DNA from: an uncultured Gemmatimonadales bacterium
Lineage (GTDB): Bacteria > Gemmatimonadota > Gemmatimonadetes > Gemmatimonadales > GWC2-71-9
Direction of reading: 5' to 3'
NCBI GenBank assembly: GCA_963715665.1
Contig: OY970263.1
Coordinates: 51,631 to 115,630, forward strand
Length of the DNA: 64,000 nucleotides
In this document: piece by piece, positions 44,733 through 55,404 of the stretch
How the letters are laid out: each line of letters opens with the position of its first letter
Numbering within the stretch: position 1 is the first letter of the stretch
Program-made: the position numbers and the translations under genes
The notes under the pieces: generated by a model
What the model was told of the DNA's origin: nothing
What the model saw: the letters and a program-made list of their open reading frames with translations, nothing else
Database searches by the model: none

Positions 44733-46859
44733 ATGTTTCCTGCCTTGGCGCTGCTTTTCCAGGCGCTGCCTGTTCAGCACTTCCCGATGATGCCGTCGCC
44801 GGGGTCGACCCCCGACGTGGCCGTGGCGCTCCACGCGGCGTGCCCGGCGGGCCGCGGGCTGGACCGCGCCGGCCTGCTGGCCTACGAGGTCCGCCGCGCC
44901 GCCTCGGCGGCCGCCCTTCCCACCGCCGCCAATTGGACCGCACTCGGCTGTGCCCGGGCGCTGTTGTGGGACGACGGTGCGATCAGTCACGACGGACCGC
45001 TGATGGTGTCGGGAGATTCGTGGGCGGTGGGTGGTCTTCGGGCCCTGCTGGAAGCGCTGAAGCAGCAGCCGACCGGTGAGCCGGCGGCGCGGGTGCTCGC
45101 GCTGCTGGCGCTCGACGACGAGAGCGATCTCGATGCCCTGAGGCCGGCGGTGACCGCGGCCCTCGGCCGCGCGGTGGCGGGCGGCGTGCACGATGCCGCG
45201 ACGTTGCGCGGCTGCAGCTACTTCGGGATGGATGCCGGCGACACCGCGGCGGTGCGGCAGTGTGCCGCGATGGCGTTGCGCGCGGGGGTCGACTCGACGT
45301 GGCACGAGGTCGCGCTGACGCGGCTGGCGTTCCGCGACGCCGACACGGCCCTCGGCACGACGTTGTTCCTGCGCGCCGTCGCGGCGGCGCACGACACCGC
45401 CTCGCGAGACGAGATCACCTGGCAGCTGCAGTGGTTCCTGACACCGGACGAGGAACAGGAGTGGACCACGCTCCCCGCCTCGGCGCGGGCCAGCTGGGTG
45501 CGCGACCGGCTGGCGTCACGCGACGTGCGAGACGGGCAGCCGCCGGGGGCACGGCTGGCGGAGCAGTTCAAGCGGCTGGAGTACGTGCTGGCCAATTTCC
45601 GGCTGCATCCGGCGCGGGTGATGGACACCACGTTTGGACGGATTGCCGCCACGCCGATGGCCCCGCATTCCGACAGCGAGACGTTGCACGACTGCGAGCC
45701 CGGACTCATCGCCGCTCGACCCTATCGCTACTTCGTGCGCTGGGACACTCGGATCGACGACCGAGGGGTGGTCTGGATGCGTTTCGGAAAGCCTGATGAG
45801 CGGACCTTCTTCTCCCACTCGGTATGCCATCCGCGGCTCTTGAATCCGCGTGAACTCTGGAAGTACGACGTCAATGGGCAAACGCTCCTGCTGGACTTCG
45901 AAGGCGAGGAGTTCGGCGGCTCGGTCGAAGCTACGCGGCTGGTGACTGGCGTGCTTGGTACCTACATGTGCGACATCGACCCCGAACGCTGCTACCTGAC
46001 CAATCGGGCGGAGTCATTCGCTGGTCTGCCTGCGGAGCGCCTCGAAGCGCTCCGTTTCGAGGACGCCGCCAACGTCGCGAAGGCCACCACCACCGACGAC
46101 AACTCCCCCCGCGGGCTGGCGCCGATCGAAACCATCGCGCACCTGCACCGGCTGTGGGATCCGGTCACCGGCGAGCGCGTGGCGCTGGTCACTTACGCCT
46201 TGAAGTCCAGTGACCTCGCCATCCAGCACACCGACACCATGCGCACCGCGGTGGTGGACCTGTCCGTCCGCCAGTGGGCGGCGGGCCGCGGCACGTGGAG
46301 CGACACCACCATTCCAAAACACTTGCGCCTCCCCGACACGACGCTCAAACGCACCCACCTCACCGGCTTCGTCCTGCTCCCGTCCGAGCCGGGGGTGACG
46401 TCGTGGAGCGTCGTGGCAACGCAGCCCGCCGGGCGGCGCGGCATCTCGTACGACGTGAGCGGCGACTCGCTTGGCTCGGGGCCGCTGGCGCTCTCGGACC
46501 TGGTGATCGGGGCCGCGAGCCAGGGGCTGGTGTGGAACAACCACGGGGCCGAGATCACCCTCGCGCCGCTCGACGCGGTGAATCGCATCGAGCCGCTGTC
46601 GCTCTACTACCAGATCAACAGCACCGTGCCCCGCCCGAAGGCGAGCACCAACGTGGTGCTCTATCGCATCCAGGACGGGCGCGTGGCCGATTCGGCGGCG
46701 CTGCAGGTGGTGCTGGAGAGCCCACTGCCGGCGGGGATCAGCGAGACGGCGCCGCTGGTCGATGTCTCGCGGCTCCCGAAGGGGAGCTACCGGCTCGACG
46801 TGCGGCTCACCGATGGCGCGGTCTCCGTCCGGCGCAGCACGATTCTCGACCTGGAGTAG
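44733..46859 (+). CDS. GWxTD-domain protein (large, probably exported)
   Basis: ATG 44733. The upstream 390 codons of track ORF 43563-46859 are antisense to coxI/coxII. YFVRWDTRIDDRGVVWMRFGKPDE matches the GWxTD signature (GW.TDRG...G.PD). Confidence 0.65.
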   Translation: MFPALALLFQALPVQHFPMMPSPGSTPDVAVALHAACPAGRGLDRAGLLAYEVRRAASAAALPTAANWTALGCARALLWDDGAISHDGPLMVSGDSWAVGGLRALLEALKQQPTGEPAARVLALLALDDESDLDALRPAVTAALGRAVAGGVHDAATLRGCSYFGMDAGDTAAVRQCAAMALRAGVDSTWHEVALTRLAFRDADTALGTTLFLRAVAAAHDTASRDEITWQLQWFLTPDEEQEWTTLPASARASWVRDRLASRDVRDGQPPGARLAEQFKRLEYVLANFRLHPARVMDTTFGRIAATPMAPHSDSETLHDCEPGLIAARPYRYFVRWDTRIDDRGVVWMRFGKPDERTFFSHSVCHPRLLNPRELWKYDVNGQTLLLDFEGEEFGGSVEATRLVTGVLGTYMCDIDPERCYLTNRAESFAGLPAERLEALRFEDAANVAKATTTDDNSPRGLAPIETIAHLHRLWDPVTGERVALVTYALKSSDLAIQHTDTMRTAVVDLSVRQWAAGRGTWSDTTIPKHLRLPDTTLKRTHLTGFVLLPSEPGVTSWSVVATQPAGRRGISYDVSGDSLGSGPLALSDLVIGAASQGLVWNNHGAEITLAPLDAVNRIEPLSLYYQINSTVPRPKASTNVVLYRIQDGRVADSAALQVVLESPLPAGISETAPLVDVSRLPKGSYRLDVRLTDGAVSVRRSTILDLE

Positions 46860-46861
46860 CC

Positions 46862-47992
46862 ATGCGTCGGATGTCGCTGGTCATGACGATCGCCGTGCTC
46901 GCGCTGTCTGCCATCCGTGCCGATGCCCAGTCGGTGCTCGGGCGCCTCGTCGACAGCACCACCCGCCAGGGCGTGGCTGGAGCCCTCGTGACACTCGAGC
47001 GCACCGACGGGACGATTGCCGGTCACGGGATTTCCGGCGCTGGCGGCCAGTTCCTGCTGCGCGCGCCCGGCGCCGGGAGCTACGCGCTCGGCATTGCCGC
47101 GATCGGCTATCGCCGGCATGCCGCGATACCGGTGACGGTCGACACCGGCGTCGTGACCCTGCCCGATGCCCTCCTTGCACCGATCGTCGTGACGCTCCCC
47201 GAAATGATCGCGCTGGGCGGCAAGCGCGAGTGCGGCAAGTCGGGGCTCGACGACGCGTCGTTCGGCCGGATCCTCGAGGGCGCCGAGCAGTCGCTCGACG
47301 TCATGCAGCAGACCATCGAATCGGACGACGTCGCGTTCGACGTCGATCTGATCCATCGCCGGATCGCGAACGGGAATCCGCCGGACACCATCGCCGACAC
47401 GACGGTGAGCCGACTGCACAACTGGCCGGTGCAGAGCATTCCGCCGGACTCGTTGCGCAAGGTCGGCTTTGCGCGGCCGATGACCAACAAGGAAGGCTCG
47501 GGGTGGATCTACTACGGCCCCGACGTCAGCGTCCTCTTCTCGGATTGGTTTCTCGCCGGACACTGCTTCACGGTGGCGCGCAGCGCGTCTTCCGACAGCA
47601 CGCTGCGGATTGCCTTCGAGCCGCAGCACCACACGAGGAACGTCGACATTCGCGGCGAGCTGCTTCTCGACCGGCGGACCCTCGCTCTGGAGCGGCTGTC
47701 GTTCACCCACGTCTTCTTTCCGTTCGGATCGCTCGACGGCGCGTCGGGCGGCCGCCTGACGTTCCTGCACGTCGCCGAGGGTGTCTGGCTTCCGGTCGAA
47801 TGGACGCTGTGGGCACCGGTTGCCGTTCAGTCGCGCCCCATTTCGCGACCGATGCTCGGCAACGGGGGCCGGGTCGGGGTCGCGCAGCCGTCGCTGCTCG
47901 CGCCGGTGAGCGCCTCGGGTGGCACCCTGACCGTGGTGGGTCGGGTGGAGCTACACGGCCAGCTGGCCAAGGTCTCGGTGCTCGGGCAGTGA
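46862..47992 (+). CDS. secreted carboxypeptidase-regulatory-like (CarboxypepD_reg) domain protein
   Basis: ATG 46862, 2 nt after the previous stop. Signal peptide MRRMSLVMTIAVLALSAIRADAQ. Then SVLGRLVDSTTRQGVAGALVTLERTDGTIAGHGISGAGGQFLLRAPGAGSYALGIAAIGY. Confidence 0.65.
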   Translation: MRRMSLVMTIAVLALSAIRADAQSVLGRLVDSTTRQGVAGALVTLERTDGTIAGHGISGAGGQFLLRAPGAGSYALGIAAIGYRRHAAIPVTVDTGVVTLPDALLAPIVVTLPEMIALGGKRECGKSGLDDASFGRILEGAEQSLDVMQQTIESDDVAFDVDLIHRRIANGNPPDTIADTTVSRLHNWPVQSIPPDSLRKVGFARPMTNKEGSGWIYYGPDVSVLFSDWFLAGHCFTVARSASSDSTLRIAFEPQHHTRNVDIRGELLLDRRTLALERLSFTHVFFPFGSLDGASGGRLTFLHVAEGVWLPVEWTLWAPVAVQSRPISRPMLGNGGRVGVAQPSLLAPVSASGGTLTVVGRVELHGQLAKVSVLGQ

Positions 47993-48062
47993 TGCGTTGA
48001 TCGGTCCCGCCGTGCGGTGGAATGGCATCGGCAGAGGGGTGGCGCGGCGGTATATCGGGGCC

Positions 48063-48275
48063 ATGCGCCGACGGCTTCTCCTCCTCGACCTCGATCCCGG
48101 CCCGCCGCCCTGGCGGACCGGCGCCTCGCACGCGGTGCCGCTGGTGATGCTGCCATTGCCCGGCGGGCGCGCCGCTGCCGCCCTGCCGCTCCGCGACGAA
48201 ACCCCCGAAGAAGCGCTGGCGGCCTTGCTCGCCGACGGCGTGGCGATCCGGGGTTCACGGGTCATCGAGCTGTGA
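48063..48275 (+). CDS. small hypothetical protein (70 aa), weakly supported
   Basis: ATG 48063 within track ORF 47997-48275. No recognisable motif and no clear SD. Confidence 0.25.
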   Translation: MRRRLLLLDLDPGPPPWRTGASHAVPLVMLPLPGGRAAAALPLRDETPEEALAALLADGVAIRGSRVIEL

Positions 48276-48320
48276 CCGCGCGCCGTTGACCGCCTTGCCG
48301 GGCGCCAGCACCTTGCTGGC

Positions 48321-49211
48321 ATGACGCACCTTCTGGCGACGCTGCGCCTGACGCTGGCCGACGTGGTCACCCTCGGCCTGATCTGGGTCTTTGCCTGGGT
48401 CGCCTGGCAGGCGGTGAACCTGGTCGGGCGGCGGATGGTTCTGGCCGCCACCACCGGCGAACACCTCACGCCGTCGCGCGAGCAACGCGCCCGCACCGCC
48501 AGCCTGCTGCTGCGCGGTGTCGGGCATCTGGCGATCGTGCTGGTGGCGATTGCCGGCACCCTCGGCGTCTTCAAGGTCAACCTCACGCCGGCACTGGTCG
48601 GCACCGCGATCCTCGGCCTCGCGGTGTCGATCGGCGGGCAGGGGATGGTCAAGGACCTCATCGCCGGATTCTTCTTCCTCACCGAAGACCAGTTCGGCGT
48701 GGGCGACATCATCGACGCCGGCGGCAAGTCGGGTGTGGTCGAGCGGATGACCCTGCGGCTGGTGATGCTGCGCGACATCGAGGGGACGCTCCACATCGTT
48801 CCCAACGGGCAGATCACCACGGTGAGTAATCACACCCGCGGCTGGGCGCGCGCGGTGGTCGACGTGGCCGTGGCCTACGACGCCGATGTCGACATGGCAA
48901 TCCGCGTGCTGCGCGACGAGGCGATGCGGTTCGCCGCCGATCCGGCGTGGCGCGATCGCTTCGACCAGGCGCCCGAGGTGGTCGGCGTACAGCAGCTGGG
49001 CAAGGACAGCGTCACGATCCGGGTGCTGCTCCGGACCCGCCCGGGCATGCAGTGGGAGGTCAACCGCGAGTTCCTGCGCCGCATCAAGCTGCGCCTCGAC
49101 CGCGAGGGGATCGAGATTCCGCTGCCGCAGCACGTCGTCCATCTGCGGGAGTCCGGCGCCCCGGTGGCGGCGCGCTCCGGTCCGCGTCCGGTGCCGGAGA
49201 AGGCGTCATGA
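48321..49211 (+). CDS. mscS: mechanosensitive ion channel (MscS family)
   Basis: Three TM helices, then GLAVSIGGQGMVKDLIAGFFFLTEDQFGVGDII...GVVERMTLRLVMLRDIEGTLHIVPNG. Confidence 0.88.
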   Translation: MTHLLATLRLTLADVVTLGLIWVFAWVAWQAVNLVGRRMVLAATTGEHLTPSREQRARTASLLLRGVGHLAIVLVAIAGTLGVFKVNLTPALVGTAILGLAVSIGGQGMVKDLIAGFFFLTEDQFGVGDIIDAGGKSGVVERMTLRLVMLRDIEGTLHIVPNGQITTVSNHTRGWARAVVDVAVAYDADVDMAIRVLRDEAMRFAADPAWRDRFDQAPEVVGVQQLGKDSVTIRVLLRTRPGMQWEVNREFLRRIKLRLDREGIEIPLPQHVVHLRESGAPVAARSGPRPVPEKAS

Positions 49212-50734
49212 CGCTGCGACTCTACAACACCATGACCCGCCAGGTCGAACCGTTCGCGCCGCTCGCCGCGCCAGACGTGTCGCTCTACACCTGCGGGCCG
49301 ACGGTGTACAACTACGCCCACATCGGCAACTTCCGGACCTTCGTCTTCGAAGATGTGTTGCGCCGCTGGCTGGACGCGAACGGCTTTCGCGTGCTGCACA
49401 TCATGAACCTCACCGATGTCGACGACAAGATGATCCGTGGCGCCCGCCAGCAGGGCGGCACCATCGCGACGCTGGCGCAGCCGTTCATCGATGCGTTCGT
49501 CGCCGACCGCGACTACCTGCGACTGCTGCCGGCCGATGCCTACCCGCGCGCCACGGAGTTCATCCCGCAGCAGGTGGCGCTGGTCAGCGCGTTGCTCGAG
49601 AAGGGGATCGCCTACCGGAGCGACGACGGCTCGGTGTATTTCGCGATCGATCGATTCCCGGCGTACGGGCGGTTGTCGCACCTCGACCGCCGCGAGCTGC
49701 GCACCGGCGCCAGCGGGCGCGTCAACGCCGACGAATACGCCAAGGAAGACGCCCGTGACTTCGTGCTCTGGAAGGCGGTCCGGCCGGAGGACGAGGCGGT
49801 CGGCGCGGCGTGGGACGCCCCGTTCGGGCGGGGTCGCCCCGGATGGCACCTCGAATGCTCGGCGATGGCGCTCGACATCATTCGCCAACGGCTCGGCACC
49901 GACGTGCTCGATATCCACGCCGGTGCGGTGGACCTGATCTTTCCGCACCACGAGGACGAGATCGCCCAGAGCTGCGCCTACACCGGCGAGAGCCACTTTG
50001 CGCGGTGGTGGATGCACGGCGAATTCCTCACCATGGCCGGCACCAAGATGTCGAAGCGCTTCGGCAATATCCTCACCGCCCGCGACCTGCGGCTGGAAGG
50101 GATCGATGCCGGCGCCGTGCGACTGCTGTTCGCGACGACGCACTACCGGCAGAAGCTCGACTTCACCGACGAGGCGCTGGCCGCGGCCCGCGAAGGTTCG
50201 CGCCGGCTCGGCGAGTTCGCCACACGGCTCGGCGAAGTGACGCGCGGGGTCCGGGTGAGCGGAACCACCGACGCATTCGATCAGCTTGCGACCCGCCTCG
50301 ACGACGAGTTTGCGGCCGCCATGAACGACGACCTCAATACGCCGCGCGCACTGGCTGCGCTGTTCGAGTCGGCGGTCGAAGGGAACCGGTTGCTGGACGG
50401 CGGCGCGGCACCGGGAGAGGGGTTTCCGTCGAGCTGGCAGCGGGCCACCGCGGTGTTGCAGGTCGTGCCGGCCGAGAGCAGCCGGGTGCGGGTCGACGCC
50501 GCGGGCAACGCGGAGGGCCGGGCATCGGCGTCCGGAACGGTGACGGTCGGTGACGCGTACCCCGACGGCGAGGCGAGCCAGCAGGCCTGGGCCACGGCGT
50601 GGGCCTCCCGCCGCGTCGCGGCCAAGCAGGCTCGCGACTTCGCCGAGGCCGATCGCATCCGGGCGCTGCTGGCCGAGCACGGCTGGGAGGTCCGCGACAA
50701 CCGGGATGGCACGGCCACCGTCCAGCGGCGGTAG
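49208..50734 (+). CDS. cysS: cysteine--tRNA ligase
   Basis: ATG 49208 overlaps the mscS stop (ATGA). CGPTVYNYAHIGNFR (HIGH), GWHLECSAM, KMSKRFGN (KMSKS). Confidence 0.93.
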   Translation: MTLRLYNTMTRQVEPFAPLAAPDVSLYTCGPTVYNYAHIGNFRTFVFEDVLRRWLDANGFRVLHIMNLTDVDDKMIRGARQQGGTIATLAQPFIDAFVADRDYLRLLPADAYPRATEFIPQQVALVSALLEKGIAYRSDDGSVYFAIDRFPAYGRLSHLDRRELRTGASGRVNADEYAKEDARDFVLWKAVRPEDEAVGAAWDAPFGRGRPGWHLECSAMALDIIRQRLGTDVLDIHAGAVDLIFPHHEDEIAQSCAYTGESHFARWWMHGEFLTMAGTKMSKRFGNILTARDLRLEGIDAGAVRLLFATTHYRQKLDFTDEALAAAREGSRRLGEFATRLGEVTRGVRVSGTTDAFDQLATRLDDEFAAAMNDDLNTPRALAALFESAVEGNRLLDGGAAPGEGFPSSWQRATAVLQVVPAESSRVRVDAAGNAEGRASASGTVTVGDAYPDGEASQQAWATAWASRRVAAKQARDFAEADRIRALLAEHGWEVRDNRDGTATVQRR

Positions 50735-50861
50735 GACGAGCGGGGCCAGGGGTCGGTCGCGGCATCCCGGCCCCCGCCGAATCCGGCCCAGCGCACCAGG
50801 AGGCGGTCTCCGGGTCTCGGGCCCACGCGGAAGCTGGTCCAACGGGCCGAGTCCCGCTTTC

Positions 50862-50947
50862 GGGGCCGTGGGCCGTGGGCCGTGGGCCGTCGGCTCCGGG
50901 CTCCGGGCTCCCCGGGCTCCGGGCTCCGGGCTCCGGGCTCCGGGCTG
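50862..50947. repeat. tandem heptanucleotide repeats (GGGCCGT)x4 then (GGGCTCC)x~7; G3N4 tract on the + strand
   Basis: Eleven G3+ runs mostly 7 nt apart (50862-65, 70-72, 77-79, 84-86, 898-900, 905-07, 914-16, 921-23, 928-30, 935-37, 942-44), followed by TTTTT (50947-50951). Confidence 0.85.
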
Positions 50948-50968
50948 TTTTTCCCTTCTAACCCCCAC

Positions 50969-50998
50969 TTGCGTGCCGACTTGCGGCGCCAGTATCTT
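50969..50998 (+). promoter_or_regulatory. candidate promoter of the tRNA-tuf operon (TTGCGT-N18-TATCTT)
   Basis: -35 at 50969-50974, -10 at 50993-50998, about 45 nt upstream of the first tRNA. Confidence 0.35.
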
Positions 50999-51042
50999 GC
51001 GAGTCTGTCGGGGCACCGGGCTTTTGGCAGGTCCGGGAGTTC

Positions 51043-51118
51043 GCTGACGTAGCTCAATTGGTAGAGCACCCGATTTGTAATCGGGCGGTTGTGGGTTCAA
51101 GTCCCGCCGTCAGCTCCA
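51043..51118 (+). tRNA. thrU: tRNA-Thr (anticodon TGT)
   Basis: Acceptor GCTGACG/CGTCAGC, D-arm GCTC-AATTGGTA-GAGC, anticodon arm CCCGA-TTTGTAA-TCGGG, T-arm GTGGG-TTCAAGT-CCCGC, CCA encoded. Confidence 0.93.
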
Positions 51119-51167
51119 GTGAGTGAGGCGCCGAAAGGTTGCGGGGCAGGTTGGTTGGGCAGGACTC

Positions 51168-51251
51168 GGTGGGGTGGCCGAGTGGTTAATGGCAGCAGAC
51201 TGTAAATCTGCCGGGCTTCGCCCTACGTAGGTTCGAATCCTACCCCCACCA
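51168..51251 (+). tRNA. tyrU: tRNA-Tyr (anticodon GTA), long variable arm
   Basis: Acceptor GGTGGGG/CCCCACC, anticodon arm GCAGA-CTGTAAA-TCTGC, long variable arm, T-loop GGTTCGAATCC. Confidence 0.9.
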
Positions 51252-51281
51252 CTTGGCCGGTTGGCGCAGTGGGCATCGACC

Positions 51282-51354
51282 GCGGGTGTAGCTCAGTTGG
51301 TAGAGCATCAGCCTTCCAAGCTGAGGGTCGCGGGTTCGAGTCCCGTCGCCCGCT
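51282..51354 (+). tRNA. glyT: tRNA-Gly (anticodon TCC)
   Basis: Acceptor GCGGGTG/CGCCCGC, D-arm GCTCAGTTGGTAGAGC, anticodon loop CTTCCAA, T-loop GGTTCGAGTCC. Confidence 0.92.
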
Positions 51355-51418
51355 CTGTGGCTGGATGCAGGACGAGGACGCGCCGCGGGGACCTGAGCCC
51401 TGGGCACCGGGGGAGCAG

Positions 51419-51491
51419 GCTCGCGTAGCTCAGTCGGTAGAGCACATCCTTGGTAAGGATGAGGTCACCGGTTCGATCCCGGTCGCGAGCT
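51419..51491 (+). tRNA. thrT: tRNA-Thr (anticodon GGT)
   Basis: Acceptor GCTCGCG/CGCGAGC, D-arm GCTCAGTCGGTAGAGC, anticodon loop TTGGTAA, T-loop GGTTCGATCCC. Confidence 0.92.
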
Positions 51492-51669
51492 CTCACGGCA
51501 GGGGGAGCGACGTGGTGACCTGCCAGTAGTCCGCGCCGGGCAACCGGATTGATCCGGGCCCGGCGCATTGTGTCGGAAAGATTGACAGCGCGGGCCACGG
51601 GGCGTGAGTCGGACGCTCACGGCGCCCCGGTCAGGCGAGCAGAACCGAACCACACGAGGACGCGGACAC

Positions 51670-52872
<1,203 letters not shown>

Positions 52873-52881
52873 GCGGGGCCA

Positions 52882-53121
52882 ATGGACGAGCCGGAAACCC
52901 AGGCATCGGGAGGCGTGGTCGCGAAGGCGGCCGGCGTCCGCGACTTCCTGGTCACCACCCGCTACGAGATGGACAAGGTGAGCTGGCCGCAGCGCGACGA
53001 GCTGCGCAAGGCCACCCAGGCGGTGGTGCTCGGTTCGCTCGCCCTCGGTGTGCTCATCGGCCTGCTCGATTGGGTGCTGCAGAAGATCCTGGTCGACGGC
53101 GTCGCCCTGCTGGCCCGGTGA
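52882..53121 (+). CDS. secE: preprotein translocase subunit SecE
   Basis: 79 aa. FLVTTRYEMDKVSWPQRDELRKATQAVVLGSLALGVLIGLLD. Position between tuf and nusG. Confidence 0.85.
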   Translation: MDEPETQASGGVVAKAAGVRDFLVTTRYEMDKVSWPQRDELRKATQAVVLGSLALGVLIGLLDWVLQKILVDGVALLAR

Positions 53122-53675
53122 CGGGAGTCGCGGTGGAGTATCGCTGGTACGCTATTCAGACGACCGCCGGCCACGAGAACAAGGTCCGGTCGTTGCTGGT
53201 CCAGCGGATCAAGGACGATCCGCGGCCCGAGGGGCAGAAGCTGGTGGCCCAGGCCCTGGTCCCCACCCAGGAAGTGGTGGAGATCAAGAACGGCAAGAAG
53301 GTCACGGTCGAGCGGAAGCTCTACCCGGGCTACGTGATCGTGCAGATGGGGCTGAACCAGGAGGCGTTGCACCTGGTCAACTCCATCCAGGGCGTGATCA
53401 AGTTCGTCGGAACGGCCAAGGCACCGCTGCCGCTCCGCGACGATGAGGTCAATCGCCTCCTCGGCATTGCCGAGCCGGAGGCCGAGACGACGCCCAAGGA
53501 GGAGATTCCATTCCTCCCGGGGCAGGCGGTGGAGATCATCGAGGGGCCGTTCTCGGATTTCAACGGCACCGTCGAAGAGGTCATCGCCGACAAGGGCAAG
53601 GTGAAGGTGTCGGTGTCGTTGTTCGGACGGCCGACGACCGTGGAGCTGGATTACCTGCAGTTGCGGGGACACTAG
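53118..53675 (+). CDS. nusG: transcription termination/antitermination factor NusG
   Basis: GTG 53118 overlaps the secE stop; the start may be a few codons downstream. [14 protein letters not shown] (NGN) and C-terminal [27 protein letters not shown]. Confidence 0.9.
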   Translation: MTGVAVEYRWYAIQTTAGHENKVRSLLVQRIKDDPRPEGQKLVAQALVPTQEVVEIKNGKKVTVERKLYPGYVIVQMGLNQEALHLVNSIQGVIKFVGTAKAPLPLRDDEVNRLLGIAEPEAETTPKEEIPFLPGQAVEIIEGPFSDFNGTVEEVIADKGKVKVSVSLFGRPTTVELDYLQLRGH

Positions 53676-53776
53676 CACGACGACCCTGGGCCACCGGCCC
53701 TGGGCCGCAGTTCCGGCGACCGCCCCGGATTTCGGCGGCAGGGCGAGTGCAGCCCGAAAGGAGTGGTGATCGGCGC

Positions 53777-54202
53777 ATGGCAAAGAAAGTTCAGGCCATG
53801 GTGAAGCTGCAGTGTCCCGCCGGCGCGGCCAACCCCGCGCCTCCGGTGGGCACCGCACTGGGCCCCCACGGGGTCAACATCATGGAATTCTGCAAGCAGT
53901 TCAACGCTCGGACCCAGGCGCAGGCCGGCATGGTGATCCCGGTGGTGGTCACGATCTATTCCGATCGGACCTTCACCTTCATCACCAAGACGCCGCCGGC
54001 GGCCAACCTCCTGCTCAAGGAGGCGGGGATCGAGAAGGGCAGTGGCGCCCCCAACCGCACCAAGGTGGGGAAGGTGACGCGCGCCCAGCTGAAGAAGATC
54101 GCCGAGCTCAAGATGGCCGATCTCAACGCCTCCGATCTCGAGTCGGCGATGCGGATGGTCGCCGGCACCGCGCGATCGATGGGGCTGGAGGTGGCGGACT
54201 GA
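53777..54202 (+). CDS. rplK: 50S ribosomal protein L11
   Basis: ATG 53777. [43 protein letters not shown]. Confidence 0.95.
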   Translation: MAKKVQAMVKLQCPAGAANPAPPVGTALGPHGVNIMEFCKQFNARTQAQAGMVIPVVVTIYSDRTFTFITKTPPAANLLLKEAGIEKGSGAPNRTKVGKVTRAQLKKIAELKMADLNASDLESAMRMVAGTARSMGLEVAD

Positions 54203-54888
54203 TGCCCGCGGGAAAGCGGTATCGCGAGGCCTCCGCCCGGCTCGAACCCGGCAAGCTCTATTCGGTGCCGGAGGCGGCGGCGCTGGTCAAGCAGACCTGC
54301 TACGCCAAGTTCGACGCCACCGTCGACGTGGCGGTCCGTCTCGGCGTCGATCCGCGCCACGCCGACCAGGTGGTGCGCGGCACGGTGGTGCTGCCGCACG
54401 GCACCGGCAAGAAGATCCGGGTGCTGGTGATCGCCCAGGGCGACCGCGCCAAGGACGCCGAGGCGGCCGGCGCGGACTTCGTCGGGACGGAATACCTGCA
54501 GAAGCTCAAGGACGGCTGGCTCGACTGCGACGTCATCGTGGCGACACCGGACGTCATGGGCCAGCTCGGTGCGCTGGGCCGGATCCTCGGCCCCCGTGGC
54601 ATGATGCCCAACCCCAAGGCGGGGACGGTGACAATGGACGTCGCCAAGGCGGTGCGGGACATCAAGGCCGGCAAGATCGAGTTCCGAGTCGACAAGACCG
54701 GCAACCTCCACGCGCCGATCGGGAAGGTGTCGTTCAGCGAGCAGCAGCTGGCCGACAACCTCCACGCGCTCCTGGAGACGATCGTCAAGGTCAAGCCGTC
54801 GGCGGCGAAGGGAACCTATCTGCGCTCCGCCACCGTTTCGGGGACGATGGGCCCCGGCATCAAGCTCGACATGGCGGGGTACCGATGA
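54202..54888 (+). CDS. rplA: 50S ribosomal protein L1
   Basis: ATG 54202 overlaps the rplK TGA. ...[34 protein letters not shown]...[26 protein letters not shown]. Confidence 0.95.
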   Translation: MPAGKRYREASARLEPGKLYSVPEAAALVKQTCYAKFDATVDVAVRLGVDPRHADQVVRGTVVLPHGTGKKIRVLVIAQGDRAKDAEAAGADFVGTEYLQKLKDGWLDCDVIVATPDVMGQLGALGRILGPRGMMPNPKAGTVTMDVAKAVRDIKAGKIEFRVDKTGNLHAPIGKVSFSEQQLADNLHALLETIVKVKPSAAKGTYLRSATVSGTMGPGIKLDMAGYR

Positions 54889-55385
54889 GCAAGACGCAAC
54901 GGCAGGAGACGGTCGCGGATCTCGCGGCGCGGATCAAGGCGTCGCCGACGCTGTTCGTGACGGATTTCACCGGCCTGGACGTGATGACGATGACCGAGTT
55001 CCGCCGGCGCCTCCGCGCCAACGGGGCGCGCTACGTCGTCGTCAAGAACACCCTGGCCCAGCGGGCGCTGGCCGACAACGAGATCTCGGCGCTCGACGAG
55101 CACCTCACCGGGCAGACCGGGCTGGTCTTCGCCGGCGACGATGCGATGGCCGCCGCCCGGGTCCTCGGCGATTTCGCCAAGGAATTCCAGCGGCCGACGG
55201 TGCGGGCCGGGTGGATGGATGGCAGGATGGTGGCCGCGGCGTACATCACCCGGCTGGGTTCGATCCCGCCGCGGGAGACGCTGCTGGGACAGTTGGTTGG
55301 GGGGTTCAACAACGTGCTGTATCAGATGGTCGGCGCGCTCGAGGCGCTCCGCCAGCAGCGCGAACAGGCCGGTCAGGCCAGTTAA
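54885..55385 (+). CDS. rplJ: 50S ribosomal protein L10
   Basis: ATGA overlap with rpl[45 protein letters not shown]...[11 protein letters not shown]. Confidence 0.93.
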   Translation: MSKTQRQETVADLAARIKASPTLFVTDFTGLDVMTMTEFRRRLRANGARYVVVKNTLAQRALADNEISALDEHLTGQTGLVFAGDDAMAAARVLGDFAKEFQRPTVRAGWMDGRMVAAAYITRLGSIPPRETLLGQLVGGFNNVLYQMVGALEALRQQREQAGQAS

Positions 55386-55404
55386 GGACACGGAGAACAC
55401 AATC

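Noticed and set aside
50862-50947. Repeat tract as a CRISPR array or a coding low-complexity region (ORFs 50550-51047, 50599-50961, 50281-51069)
   Set aside because: The unit is 7 nt with no spacers. The overlapping ORFs are repeat-driven (GSGLRAPGSGLRAP) and lie between cysS and a tRNA operon.
51492-51669. Internal tuf promoter (TTGACA at about 51582 with TGAGTC 17 nt downstream)
   Set aside because: The -10 element is poor. tuf is most simply co-transcribed with the upstream tRNAs, as in E. coli tufB.
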